From contig CAWKHF010000005.1 in the NCBI GenBank assembly GCA_963849325.1, positions 832,001-896,000 of the forward strand: DNA of 64,000 nt, in the 5' to 3' direction. Both the position numbers and the translations under genes were made by a program. Below are positions 1 through 10,525 of this stretch, piece after piece. Origin of the DNA: an uncultured Planctomycetota bacterium. GTDB lineage: Bacteria; Planctomycetota; Planctomycetia; Gemmatales; Gemmataceae. A model generated the notes under the pieces. The model was not told the origin of the DNA, searched no databases, and saw only the letters and a list, made by a program, of their open reading frames with translations. Each line of letters opens with the position of its first letter. Position 1 is the stretch's first letter.

Positions 1-670
1 GGCGCGTGATTTCCTCCTTCTCCGGGTGTCCTGCCAGCCAGCCCTCGCCTTTGGCGAGCAGCTTCTCCATCTCATCCTTGCCGATCCAGTAGTGCTTGTT
101 GTTGTCAAACACCGGGATCAGGACATATAGGTGCGTGAGCAAGTCAGCCAGCGTCGTCGTTTTCTGAACCGTGACCGCAAAGAAGGGACTCTCGCCCCAT
201 TCGGGGAACCGTTCATCGAGCGGACACCGAATCGCCTCGACTGCGTATCCCAACGGCTCGAAGACATTCCGCAAGAACCGCTCACCGCCGCGCACTGGCA
301 ACACGTCGAGCCGAGCCAACAGCGGGATCGGCGTTGTCACCAGTTTGGGCCGGTCATTGCAGCGTCCTTGAAGCGCCGAACCGAAGACCTGTGCAATCGC
401 CACGGACATGAACGATGAAGCGGTGTACGGACGGTCGTTCACGTACTGGGCCAGCAGAAAGCTGGCGTTCGCGTTCTTGCCACGGACTATGCCTATCGGG
501 TCCACATCGAGCAGCAGGCAGACCGTACACCGCTCGGCGCTGACTTCCGGGTAGAAGACATGGACTTTCCCGAAGCTCAGATCGAATGACTGGAACCTCT
601 CAGGGTGCTTGTGCAGCAGATAGCCGAGGTCCGAGGCGGGCTGGTGCGTGGTGGTGATCGTCAAGAGCAT
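1..670 (-). CDS. hen1: 3' terminal RNA ribose 2'-O-methyltransferase Hen1, N-terminal part (runs off the window)
   Basis: Not in the ORF track. Manual translation from ATG at 670 gives MLLTITTTHQPASDLGYLLHKHP...LLLDVDP...QYVNDRPY...FPEWGESP...LYVLIPVFDNNKHYWIG, the characteristic bacterial Hen1 N-terminal domain. Confidence 0.92.
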   Translation of the reverse strand, partial: MLLTITTTHQPASDLGYLLHKHPERFQSFDLSFGKVHVFYPEVSAERCTVCLLLDVDPIGIVRGKNANASFLLAQYVNDRPYTASSFMSVAIAQVFGSALQGRCNDRPKLVTTPIPLLARLDVLPVRGGERFLRNVFEPLGYAVEAIRCPLDERFPEWGESPFFAVTVQKTTTLADLLTHLYVLIPVFDNNKHYWIGKDEMEKLLAKGEGWLAGHPEKEEITR

Positions 671-851
671 TCAGGTATCCTTCACCTTCGGCACGAACCT
701 GCGTCGGCTTTTTGGTGTCAATCGGTGGATCGCCCGTTTCACTGGCCGTTTTCGGAGGCACAACCCATGAGTCCCATTCATCTTATTCCTCACACGACAC
801 GCTGCCGTACCCGGTGGTTCACTCTGACAATCCGTTCACGACGCGAGCTAT

Positions 852-2342
852 ATGGACCGAGACAACCGCAAACCGAAGAAGGATCTCACCGAAGAGCTTA
901 ACCCGGACCTCCTCACCCACATCAGGTCGCTTGGCCTCACCGGCGTCGAGGACTACATCGCGTGGTGCGCCGAGCACGGTTTCAGCCGCCGCACGGACAA
1001 GCACTGGCGACTCCGCTTGAAGGAGCGGACCTACGCCACCCGCGCCATCGCCGATGCCCGCCTTGCCCAAAAGAAACAAGAACTCAGAAAGCCCGAAAAG
1101 ATTATCCAGAGGATCTTCAACGGCGAGCTTCACGAGGATGATGTCACCCAGCCTCACTTGAAGGCGGTCTGCCGGGCGTGCAAATCTGCACAAGAATCGC
1201 GTCGAACTCGGCTCGCCTTTCACGACCTCCTGCAACACGTCGGCATGTGCTCCGACCTCGTAAATTGCCAGCCCGTGATCTCGCAGTATGGTTGGCAAGC
1301 CGGGAATACCTTCGTGGATGGCCTGCTGGCGTTGGCCCGGCACTCACGAAACTGGACTCGCCCGGTCGCCGATTGGAAGCCCCAGACGCACAACACGCGC
1401 CGCCAGTTTTCCTCACTGGCGCGGCACTTGTTCGCCGAGTGGCCGGTTCCCCCTTTCATGGATTCCGTCTGGTTCTTGGGGAACAGCAGAGCAGCCGTCC
1501 AGCAGCAAGGCTGGTTTCTGCACATCGGCAGAGGGCAGAACATTCGCACGGCGGATCTCCCGCTTCCCTACACGAAGCGCATGGCTCACCACTTTATGCA
1601 AGCTCCTTCTGACCTCACGGTCGAGGCGGCGCTGCGCTGGGGCCAGATCCACGGACTCGGCGGCTCGGAGCGTCTGGTGCGAGCCATCATGGGAACGCGC
1701 CTCGGCACGGACTTCGAGCACGATGATTTCTGGATCACCGTGTTCCAGTTCTTTATCGCCAATCCGATGCTTGATCTGGCTCAGGTCGGCCCGCTCATCG
1801 ACTACATCCACCAGCAGCGGTTTGTTTCGCAAGACGGGTTCATTGCTCCCGGTGTCGTCGAACGCCGAGGACCGGCGCAGCCGAACTTCACGATGAAAGG
1901 ACGCACGCCCGCGTCCTTGCTGCGGCAGGTGGACTCATGGCATAAGTCGCTGGCGAAGGTGCAGCAGCCGAAAGCCGAGTGGCCTCCCTCGGGGACTCCA
2001 ACATTCGAGTTCATCGAAGGGGGAGAGAAAAGTGGCAATTTGAAGGTCTGGACAATCACCGAACTGCTCAGCACCAAGGCGCTCGTCGCCGAGGGCCGAA
2101 AGATGAAGCATTGCGTGGCAACTTACGCCCATTCGTGCGCCAGCGGAGATTGCTCCATCTGGACGTTAGAGGTCGAGACGTTCGAGGGACGCTCCAAGAT
2201 ACTGACCATCGAGGTACAGACCGCAACGAAGTTGATTTGTCAGGCACGAGGGAAGTGCAACATGCTCCCCGGCGACAAGCACCGTGGCATCCTGCGCCGC
2301 TGGGCTGAGCAGGCGCGACTCCAGTTGGCGAAGCATGTGTAG
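852..2342 (+). CDS. PcfJ domain-containing protein
   Basis: 496 aa. C-terminal ELLS..ALVAEGRKMKHCVATY...SIW...LTIEV...QARGKCN is the PcfJ-like signature. Confidence 0.8.
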   Translation: MDRDNRKPKKDLTEELNPDLLTHIRSLGLTGVEDYIAWCAEHGFSRRTDKHWRLRLKERTYATRAIADARLAQKKQELRKPEKIIQRIFNGELHEDDVTQPHLKAVCRACKSAQESRRTRLAFHDLLQHVGMCSDLVNCQPVISQYGWQAGNTFVDGLLALARHSRNWTRPVADWKPQTHNTRRQFSSLARHLFAEWPVPPFMDSVWFLGNSRAAVQQQGWFLHIGRGQNIRTADLPLPYTKRMAHHFMQAPSDLTVEAALRWGQIHGLGGSERLVRAIMGTRLGTDFEHDDFWITVFQFFIANPMLDLAQVGPLIDYIHQQRFVSQDGFIAPGVVERRGPAQPNFTMKGRTPASLLRQVDSWHKSLAKVQQPKAEWPPSGTPTFEFIEGGEKSGNLKVWTITELLSTKALVAEGRKMKHCVATYAHSCASGDCSIWTLEVETFEGRSKILTIEVQTATKLICQARGKCNMLPGDKHRGILRRWAEQARLQLAKHV

Positions 2343-2548
2343 GAGGCCGTCAATCCTCGTTCGCTTATGCCGCCAGCATCCGAAGGTGGTATTGGCTTCC
2401 TCCTCAAACCGCCACACTACTTTCCCTGAACAGGTCCACTGCCGCAGTCTTCGTCTGCTCGTGGATCGAGCGGGCTGCGGTGTTGCCTTTTTAGTACACG
2501 CTCGGTACAACGCGAATAGGTACTCGCTCCATTGCAAGGGTGAATGCC

Positions 2549-2875
2549 ATGCGTTTCGGCGAAAAGGTCCGTTCCCTGCGAACGGCGAAGAGCCTTAGCC
2601 TGCGTGCGCTGGGCCAGCGGCTCGGCGTCTCCTACGCCTACATCAGCAAGGTCGAGAACGGCAAACTCGCCTTCGGCGACTACCCCAGCGAAGACCTGAT
2701 CCGCAGGCTCGCCGCCGCGCTCGACGCCGACGAGGAGGAACTTCTCCTGCTCGCGGAGAAAATCCCCGAGCCGATCCGACGCCGGTGTTTCGAGCGCCCC
2801 GACGCCTTCCGGCTGATCGCCCGGCTGGATGACAAACGGCTCGACCGGGTGCTCGCCTTCATCAAGGATGGCTGA
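2549..2875 (+). CDS. XRE-family helix-turn-helix transcriptional regulator
   Basis: MRFGEKVRSLR..SLSLRALGQRLGVSYAYISKVENG, a typical HTH_3 pattern. Confidence 0.85.
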   Translation: MRFGEKVRSLRTAKSLSLRALGQRLGVSYAYISKVENGKLAFGDYPSEDLIRRLAAALDADEEELLLLAEKIPEPIRRRCFERPDAFRLIARLDDKRLDRVLAFIKDG

Positions 2876-3005
2876 GGAGCATGGCGGTGGACCGGCACTC
2901 CCTTGAGAAGATGCTGGCCGGGTTGCAGGGGTGAACGGCGTGATGTCGGTGGCGTCATACTGAGGCCCGTGGCCTCTGGCGACTGGCCCGTTGGAGGGAC
3001 GAACG

Positions 3006-3650
3006 ATGAGCCAAAACCCGGAAGTCCGGCTGGCGGGAACGGCACTCGGTCGTTCCCGGCACGTCTGCGCCTTCTTCCACACGAAGGATGAGGAGTACAA
3101 GGTACTCCTGCCCTTCATCAAGGAGGGCTTCGAGCAAGGTGACAAGGCGTTCCACATCGTCAAGGAGGACCACCGGCCCGAGCATCGACGGCGGCTGCAA
3201 CGGGCGGGTATCGCCGTGGACGAGGCCGAGCGAAAGGGACAACTGGAGGTCCGCCGCTGGGAGGATGCCTACCTGCGGGAAGGCCACTTTGACCAGAACC
3301 GGATGCTCGCCTTGATCGAGGAAGTCCTCCAAGGCGGCAAGGTGCAGGGCTACCGGATTACCCGGCTGGTCGCCAACATGGAGTGGGCGTTGGAGGACCG
3401 CCCCGGCGTGGACGACATCGTGGAGTACGAAACGCGCCTGAACTACGTCCTGCCGAAGTACGACGACGCCGTGTGCTGAACGTATGACTTGCACCAGTTC
3501 GGTGCAGAGGTCGTCATGGACATCATGCGGACGCACCCGATGGTCATCATCGGCGGCATCCTGCAAGATAACCCGTTCTTCGTGCCGCCCGATGAGATGT
3601 TGCGGGAACTGCGGGAACGTCGAGGCCGAAACCGCGTGACGGATCAGTAA
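3006..3650 (+). CDS. MEDS-domain sensor protein with an in-frame TGA at 3477-3479 (candidate selenocysteine); 214 aa with read-through
   Basis: RHVCAFFH...EEYKVLLPFIKEG...RLVANMEWAL...EYETRLN is MEDS-like. The same frame continues past TGA as TYDLHQFGAEVVMDIMRTHPMVIIGGILQDNPFFVPP, the normal MEDS C-terminus, to TAA 3648-3650. GGAGGG RBS lies upstream of ATG 3006. Confidence 0.8.
3480..3517 (+). promoter_or_regulatory. Putative bacterial SECIS element
   Basis: Hairpin TGCACC-AGTTC-GGTGCA (3490-3506). The loop starts 17 nt after the UGA, with G at loop position 2 followed by U. A lower stem is possible (ATGAC with GTCGT or GTCAT). Confidence 0.6.
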
Positions 3651-6600
3651 TGCACACGCCAGAGAACACCTTGGAAGAGAACCGCCACCTGCGGCGGACG
3701 ATGCGGGACTTGGTTGCCCTCTCGACCCTGCCTGCCGTCTGGACCGGCCTGAGTCCAGACGGCATCGTCCGCAGCTTGGCTGACGTGCTGCTGAACACCC
3801 TGTCGCTCGAACTGATTTACGTCGCGGCTGGAGGGTCTGGGCGGGAACGGCGTGGTCGAAGTCGTCCGCAACAAGCGTGGCCTCGACGCAGAACACGTCC
3901 AAGCGGTGAAGGCATCGCTCGCCCCAGTGCTGGGGGCCAACCGTTCCGACTCGCCTCTCACGATCCCCGATCCGTTCGGCGCTGGGACGTTGCACATTGC
4001 CATTACCCGGTTCGGCATTGCTGACGACCACGGGGTTCTGATCGCAGGTTCCCGGCGTGCCGATTTCCCATCCGAGCGGGACCGGCTGCTGCTCAGCGTC
4101 GGGGCTAACCAGACAGCCATCGTCATCCAGAGAAGGCGGGCCGAAGAGGAGGTTAGAGAGCAGCAAGAGCGGCTGCGAACGACGCTCGCCTGCATCGGGG
4201 ATGCCGTCATCGCCACCGACAGGATGGGGCGCATCACCACAATGAACGCCGTGGCCGAGTCGCTGACCGGCTGGGCAAAAGAGGAGGCGACCGGCCAGCC
4301 GCTTGACGCAGTATTCCGCATCGTGAACGAGGAGACACGCCAGACGGTCCCCAACCCCACGACGAGGGCGATACGGGAGAGCATCGTCGTCGGGCTGGCG
4401 AACCATACTGTCCTCATCGCCAAAGACGGTACGGAGCGGTTCATCGACGACAGTGCCGCCCCGATCCGGTGCAAGGAGGGCCAGATCATCGGCTGCGTGC
4501 TGGTCTTCCGCGACGTGTCCGAGCGGCGACGGTTAGAGCAGCAGAAGGCCGAGCAGGGTAGAGCCGCACGCAGGTTAGCGGCCATTGTGGACTCCTCGGA
4601 GGACGCCATCATCAGCAAAACGCTGGACGGGATCATCCAGAGTTGGAACGCCGCCGCCGAGAGGGTCTTCGGCTATACCGCCGAGGAAGCCGTGGGGCGT
4701 CCCATTACCATGCTCTTCCCCACTGACCGCCTCGATGAAGAAGACAGGATCATTACCCGCATCCGGGCAGGGCAGCGGGTGGAACACTTCGACACGGTGC
4801 GGCGGCGAAAGGACGGGACGACCATCCCGGTTTCCCTGACGATCTCACCCATCAAGGATGAAGAGGGGCGGATCATCGGGGCGTCGAAGATCGCAAGGGA
4901 CATCACCGAGCGGAAGCGGGCCGAGGAAGCCAACGCCAAACTCGCCGCGCTGGTGGAGTCCTCCGACGATGCCATCGTGAGCAAAAACCTCAACGCCATC
5001 ATTACCAGTTGGAATCGGGGCGCGGAGCGTATGTTTGGCTACACGGCACAAGAAGCGATTGGGCAGCCTGTTACCATGCTCATGCCCCCGGAGCGCGTCG
5101 ATGAAGAGCCGAACATTCTGCGCGCATCCGTCGCGGCGAGAAGATCGACCATTACGAAACGATCCGTCGCCGCAAGGACGGCACGCCGCTGACCATCTCC
5201 TTGACCGTTTCGCCGATCTTCGACGGCCACGGCAACATCATCGGTGCGTCGAAGATCGCGCGCGACATCACTCGCCGTAAGCAGGCCGAGGAGCGGCTGC
5301 GGCTGCTCTCGGAGGCGGCGGCGATCATCCTCTACGCCCCCGATCCGACTGCCCTGATGCGGACGCTGTTCGCCAAGATCGGCCCGACCATCGGGGCCGA
5401 CGTTTGCCTCAACTATCTGGTGAACGATGCTGGCGACGGCCTGCGGCTGGCGTCGTGCGTCGGCGTCTCCGAAGAGGCGTTGCCGCCCCGGCTGGTGTTC
5501 GGGGAAACCCTGTGCGGCACGGCGGCTCTACACCGCCAGCCCGTCGTCGTGGCCTACGTTCAGCAGTCCGACGAATCGAAGGCACGAGCGTACAAGTTGC
5601 TCGGCGTGCGGGCCTACGCCGGGTTCCCGATGCTGTCCGGCAACCTACTGCTCGGCACTTTGTCCTTCGCCACCCGGTCGAAGGACGAGTTTGCCCCTGA
5701 CGAACTAGAGTTTCTGGAAGCGATCTGCCGCTACGTCGCCGTGGCCTACGAGCGGCTGCGGCTGGTGGAGAAACTGCGGCAGGCCGACCACAAGAAGGAC
5801 GAGTTCTTGGCGACACTGGCCCACGAACTCCGCAACCCGCTCGCCCCGATCCGCAACGGCCTGCAACTGATGCAGATGGCGGGCGGGAAGGTCGAGACGG
5901 TCGATCAGGCCCGCACCATGATGGAGCGGCAGGTCGTGCAGATGGTGCGGCTGGTGGATGACCTGATGGACCTGACTCGCATCAGTCGGGGCAAGATCGA
6001 ACTCAAGAAGCAGCCGGTCGAACTGGTGGCAGTGGTGAACAGTGCGGTTGAGATAGCCCGCCCGCTCATCGAGGAGATGGGCCATGAACTGACCGTCCTG
6101 CTGCCTGAGCAGCCGATCATCTTGGAAGCCGACTCGACCCGGCTGACACAGGTGTTCTCGAACCTGCTCACCAACGCCGCCAAGTACACCGACCGAGGCG
6201 GTCGCATCTTGCTGACCGCCGAGCGGCAGGGGAGCGACGTGGTTGTGGCGGTGAAGGACACGGGCATCGGCATCCCCGCCGACAGGTTGCGGAGCATCTT
6301 CGAGATGTTCTCGCAGGTGGAGGCGGCGCTGTCCCGGTCGCAGGGCGGGTTGGGCATTGGCTTGTGTCTGGTGAACCGATTGGTGCAGATGCACGGCGGC
6401 TCCATCGAAGCCGAGAGCGAGGGTCCGGGGCGGGGGAGCCGGTTCGTCGTCCGCTTGCCGCTCGCCGTTGAACAGTGTGAAGCCAGCGTAACCGGCGACA
6501 ACGCCGAAGCGGCGAAGGCGACCTCCAAACTTCGCATCTTGGTGGTGGACGACAACCGGGACGCCGCCGAAAGTTTGGCGATGCTGCTCAAGATCATGGG

Positions 6601-6898
6601 CAACAACGTCCGCACGGCCAGCGACGGCGAGAAGGGGGTGCAAGCGGCGGCTGAGTTCCGGCCCCATGTCATGCTGATGGACATCGGCCTGCCGAAGTTG
6701 AACGGCTACGGGGCGTGCCGCCTCATTCGTCAGCAGGCGTGGAGCAAGAATATGGTAATCATCGCTGTGACCGGCTGGGGTGCGGATGAGGACAGGCGTA
6801 AGTCTCAGGAGGCAGGCTTCGACTATCACATGGTCAAGCCAGTGGACCCGACCTCGTTGATGAGGCTGCTGGCCGACCTGAGCGTTGTGAAGGCATGA
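3650..6898 (+). CDS. Hybrid sensor histidine kinase/response regulator (PAS x3, GAF, HisKA, HATPase, REC); two apparent frameshifts (~3830, ~5135)
   Basis: Joined ORFs 3650-4024, 3852-5192 and 5201-6898. Repeated PAS-PAC motifs (SSDDAIISK..WN..AER..GASKIARDIT), FLATLAHELRNPL H-box, NAAKYT/DTGIG/GGLGIGL boxes and a C-terminal receiver (VVDDN..MDIGLP..KP). Confidence 0.92.
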
Positions 6899-6980
6899 CG
6901 GGGCGAGGAAATCTGACCAGCGCTGGCAGGTTTGTCGTCCGGCCTCTTGATCGACGCCGAACGACTCGTTTCTGTCGCTC

Positions 6981-7205
6981 CTATCCCTGCCTCCTCCTGC
7001 ACCATTGCTCGGCAAGGATCTTGACCTGTTCCCATGCCTCTCTCACTTCTCGTGCGGGTTCCGTCTCCGGCAAGTTGCGGAGAGTCTCCAGTAGTCTCCG
7101 CACGGCATTCACCAGAGACACGCGCTCCCGCTCATCCCCGCCGCTCTTTCGCTCCATTTCCTCAAGTGTGGCGATTGCATCTGCGTCTGGTCGATCCAAC
7201 CACAT
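6981..7205 (-). CDS. Small hypothetical helical protein
   Basis: ATG at 7205 preceded by a GAGGG RBS; 74 aa charged helical sequence with no recognisable family. Confidence 0.4.
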   Translation of the reverse strand: MWLDRPDADAIATLEEMERKSGGDERERVSLVNAVRRLLETLRNLPETEPAREVREAWEQVKILAEQWCRRRQG

Positions 7206-7396
7206 GATGTTTCCCTCTTTGGACGGCATCGCCGTATCCCCAGCAGTCGAGCGATCCTGCCCCCAGTCGCCTACAATGGACGTGTTCCTCCTCGGAGAGT
7301 CGGTTTCAAAGAGGCGACCGAGGAGGGTAGGCGGCGGCAACGAGGGGCAACGACTGGCCGCGCCGCTTCCAAGCCAAGCAACGGAGGAGGTCTGTA

Positions 7397-8080
7397 ATGA
7401 AGATCCTCATCGTCCTTACCTCTCATGATCGACTCGGCGACACCGGCAAAAAGACCGGCTTCTGGCTGGAAGAGTTCGCTGCGCCATATTACACCCTGAA
7501 GGATGCCGGGGCGGAAGTCACGCTGGCCTCGCCGAAGGGCGGTCAGCCGCCGCTTGATCCGAAAAGCGACCTCCCCGAGAACCAGACCGCAGCGACGAAG
7601 CGCTTCCGCGCCGACGCCGACGCACAAGCACAACTGGCTAACACGAAGAAGCTCGCCGATGTATCGGCAGGCGATTTCGACGCCGTGTTCTACCCCGGAG
7701 GACACGGCCCAATGTGGGACATGCCCGACAACGCGACCTCCATCGCGCTGATCGAAGCCTTCGTGAAAGCCGACAAGCCGGTGGGTGCGGTCTGTCACGC
7801 CCCAGCCGCTCTCATAAACGTGCGCGGAAAGAACCGCGAGTATCTGATCAAGGGTAAGCGCGTAACGGGATTCTCGAACGCGGAAGAAGAAGCGGTGGGC
7901 CTGACCGCTGTTGTGCCCTTCCTGCTGGAAGACCGTCTCAAGGAGCGGGGCGGTATCTACAGCAGCGCACCGAACTGGACGCCTCATGTCGAAGTGGACG
8001 GCAGGCTCGTGACCGGCCAGAATCCTGCGTCTTCCGAGCCTGCTGCGGCAGCGCTGCTGAAGTTGCTTTGTTCTCTCTGA
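7397..8080 (+). CDS. DJ-1/PfpI family (type 1 glutamine amidotransferase-like, Hsp31/glyoxalase III-like) protein
   Basis: TGFWLEEFAAPY, YPGGHGPMWD, AVCHAP nucleophile elbow and TGQNPAS; GGAGG RBS. Confidence 0.92.
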   Translation: MKILIVLTSHDRLGDTGKKTGFWLEEFAAPYYTLKDAGAEVTLASPKGGQPPLDPKSDLPENQTAATKRFRADADAQAQLANTKKLADVSAGDFDAVFYPGGHGPMWDMPDNATSIALIEAFVKADKPVGAVCHAPAALINVRGKNREYLIKGKRVTGFSNAEEEAVGLTAVVPFLLEDRLKERGGIYSSAPNWTPHVEVDGRLVTGQNPASSEPAAAALLKLLCSL

Positions 8081-8187
8081 GCCGAAGCAGAGGAGCACAA
8101 CGACGGGACCATCTCCGGGCTGCTCCGCAGGCTCGTCAGGAACTCAGGCCGAGCAGGCTTTCGCCAAGATCGCCGAAGGAGGGGACC

Positions 8188-8392
8188 ATGTCAGTCATAA
8201 GCAAACGGCAGATCCTCCTCGCCTCACGCCCTCGCGGCGAGCCCACCCTCGACAACTTCAAGCTGGTCGAGACCGAGGCTCCTGAGCCCGGCCCCGGCCA
8301 GATGTTGCTGCGCATCATCTACCTCCTATGCGAATCCGGTGGAAGTCGGGGAGGTCATGGAAGGACGCGCCATCTGCGAAGTCATCAAGAGC
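8188..8392 (+). pseudogene. Truncated NADP-dependent oxidoreductase (CurA/YncB-like) N-terminus
   Basis: MSVISKRQILLASRPRGEPTLDNFKLVE...GQMLLRIIYL, then in another frame SYANPVEVGEVMEGRAICEVIKS. The family's usual intervening SLDPYMRGRM segment is missing and similarity stops at about 8392. Confidence 0.75.
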
Positions 8393-10516
8393 TATTGCCA
8401 GCGTAGATCGCCTGAATTAAAGCATAAATGACAGATTTCTCTTCGTCTGGGCGACTACGAAACTCTTTTTTTGTGGTCATTCTTATCAGTTTGTTGACAA
8501 GAAAAGGCAGGCTGAAGCGGCCTTTAAGCTGATCGATATTCGCGTCAACCTGACGCTGCTCGTAGTAGTCCATCCCACTAGAAGGTTTTATTCTCACATA
8601 CTCGCACAAATAGTGGATAAGTGCATCATCGTCTTCTACCACTTTCTCCATAAAATCCGCGATTTCCTTATTATCTCTGTCAGCAATTTGTTCCCAGTAA
8701 TTGAGAATCGCGCAAATCCGTGGATGCTTCAGTAGTCGTCCATCAGCCGCCCATGTGGCAATTTTTTCGTTCATGAACCGCCTCGCATCTGCGCTTCCCG
8801 CAAGATACTTTTGACACATCAAGATCGGGATTAAAAGGCTCTTCGAAGAAGTCGCAGCCGCTTCCTCGATTGCATAACTGGGTTTGCTCTCGGGACCGTA
8901 GCGAAAGATCACTTGGTTGATTATGTCCATCACAAGTTGCGTTGTCGGAATGTCAAGGCTTCTCTCCTCTTCGGATGCGGAGCTTTCGTCGAACACATCA
9001 CCTAAATCAGCAAGCGCCATAATGAGGTTTGCGGCAATGTCATCAGAGACAAGTCGTGAATCTACATAACCCCAGAGAGTTTCCAATAACCGCCTAGCAC
9101 GGCCTTCGTTATTCAGGACTAATAGGCCACCAGCTAGCGCCTCGCAAATCAGTTGCATTTGTCAGGAGCCTTTCAATTTCGCTCCTCTCCAAATCTCCCC
9201 TCGGCAGAGAAAGGCTGAAGAACAGATCAAAATTGGTGGGAAAGCAGAATCCTTCCCTCTCTCCTCCACTGAGGCTGTGGCGTGTAATCGAGAACGCCCC
9301 CTTGTTTCTGTTCAGTAACAATTTTGTTAATCTTCGGAAATAGAAGCTGTAATATCGTAAGAGGATGGTTGTCCGATTTGCCCTTCTGCGATTTAACGAT
9401 TTCGTTAAGCGTGGCGACTGCATTTTGCATGATGATGTAATAAGGACTGCTTTCTTCTTTGGATGTCTGCCGAGTGAGAAACGTCTTGTTGGCGGCGAGG
9501 GCCTCGTAGATCGCAGGCTCAAATAGTTGAAGAACGGTGATGCCAATTAAGTCGGTCGGCGACAATCCTCCTCTCGCAGTGTTGAAGTTGAAGGACAAGA
9601 CGTTCAGATACCGCTTTGCTTCCCGAAGATCGGCGATGTAAGGTTTCACACCATACTGGAACACGTTTCGCAAATGATTTTGGTCGTATTCTTCAGTCTT
9701 CACTCTGTCCATCAGTTCCCGAATGGAACGCTGCAAAAACCTATGCACTTCCACGACGGGAATCTCGGGCACTCTGAACGGGACTTGGACGATCTTCTCC
9801 AAGAACGCCTCTCCGCTCTGGATTTGCACCCCCGCCAGTTGCTCTGCCACCATCTTCTCATCGAACGCCAACAGATAAACCGTGTTGGGGAAGTTCGCCA
9901 ACGACTTCACCACTTGGAACAGTTGCCGGGCCTCGGTAGCGCTCAATCGGTCGATCTCGTCAATGATGATGATCAGCTTGTGCGGTTGTTTGGCAAGTGC
10001 CTCGTCGATGTTCCGCTTTTGTTTTTCGATGCTCTCTGCCCCCGTCACAAACCCCGCGAGCCATTTGTTGAACCAATTAGCCAGCTTCAACAATCCGCCG
10101 ATGATCTTCCCCTCCGGGGTGGGGATCAGTCCCATCGGGGTAAGGTAATCCGAGTAAGTCTCCAACAGCCTTGACGTTTTCCTGATCCCTAGTGACGTGT
10201 TCCACTTGCCCAGCACGCCTAACATTTCGTCAAAGAACCTGTATATCAGGACGGTTTCGTCCGTCACCATCCAAGGGTTGAACTCGATGACAATCGGCTG
10301 TTCTTCCTTCCGTATTCCCCTGATCTTCTCCGCGAGACACTCCCTCGCCATTCGGAGTATGGAGGACTTCCCCGAACCCCACGGACCCAACAGCCCGATC
10401 ACCAACGGCGACTTGTCGGGACGGGACACGAGGGCCTGCGCCAGCGAGTCGGCGAACTTTTTTCGACAAAGAATGTCTTCGGCAGAAGAGCGGATCGGTT
10501 CGTCATCCAGAAACAC
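8385..10516 (-). CDS. KAP-family P-loop NTPase (two apparent frameshifts near 9250 and 9160)
   Basis: Walker A GPWGSGKSS, FNPW, Walker B IIIIDEIDRL, FLEKIVQVPFRVP. Continues through CFPTNFDLFFSLSLP into ORF 8385-9158. Lower GC than the flanks. Confidence 0.88.
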
Positions 10517-10525
10517 GTCACCCTC

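Noticed and set aside
3477-3479. Genome-wide UGA reassignment
   Set aside because: TGA is the real stop of several complete genes here (kinase 6898, DJ-1 8080, asparaginase 40744), so any recoding must be site-specific.
2955-7015. Long minus-strand ORFs opposite the MEDS and kinase genes, and similar antisense ORFs elsewhere
   Set aside because: Shadow ORFs expected in high-GC coding DNA; no recognisable motifs.
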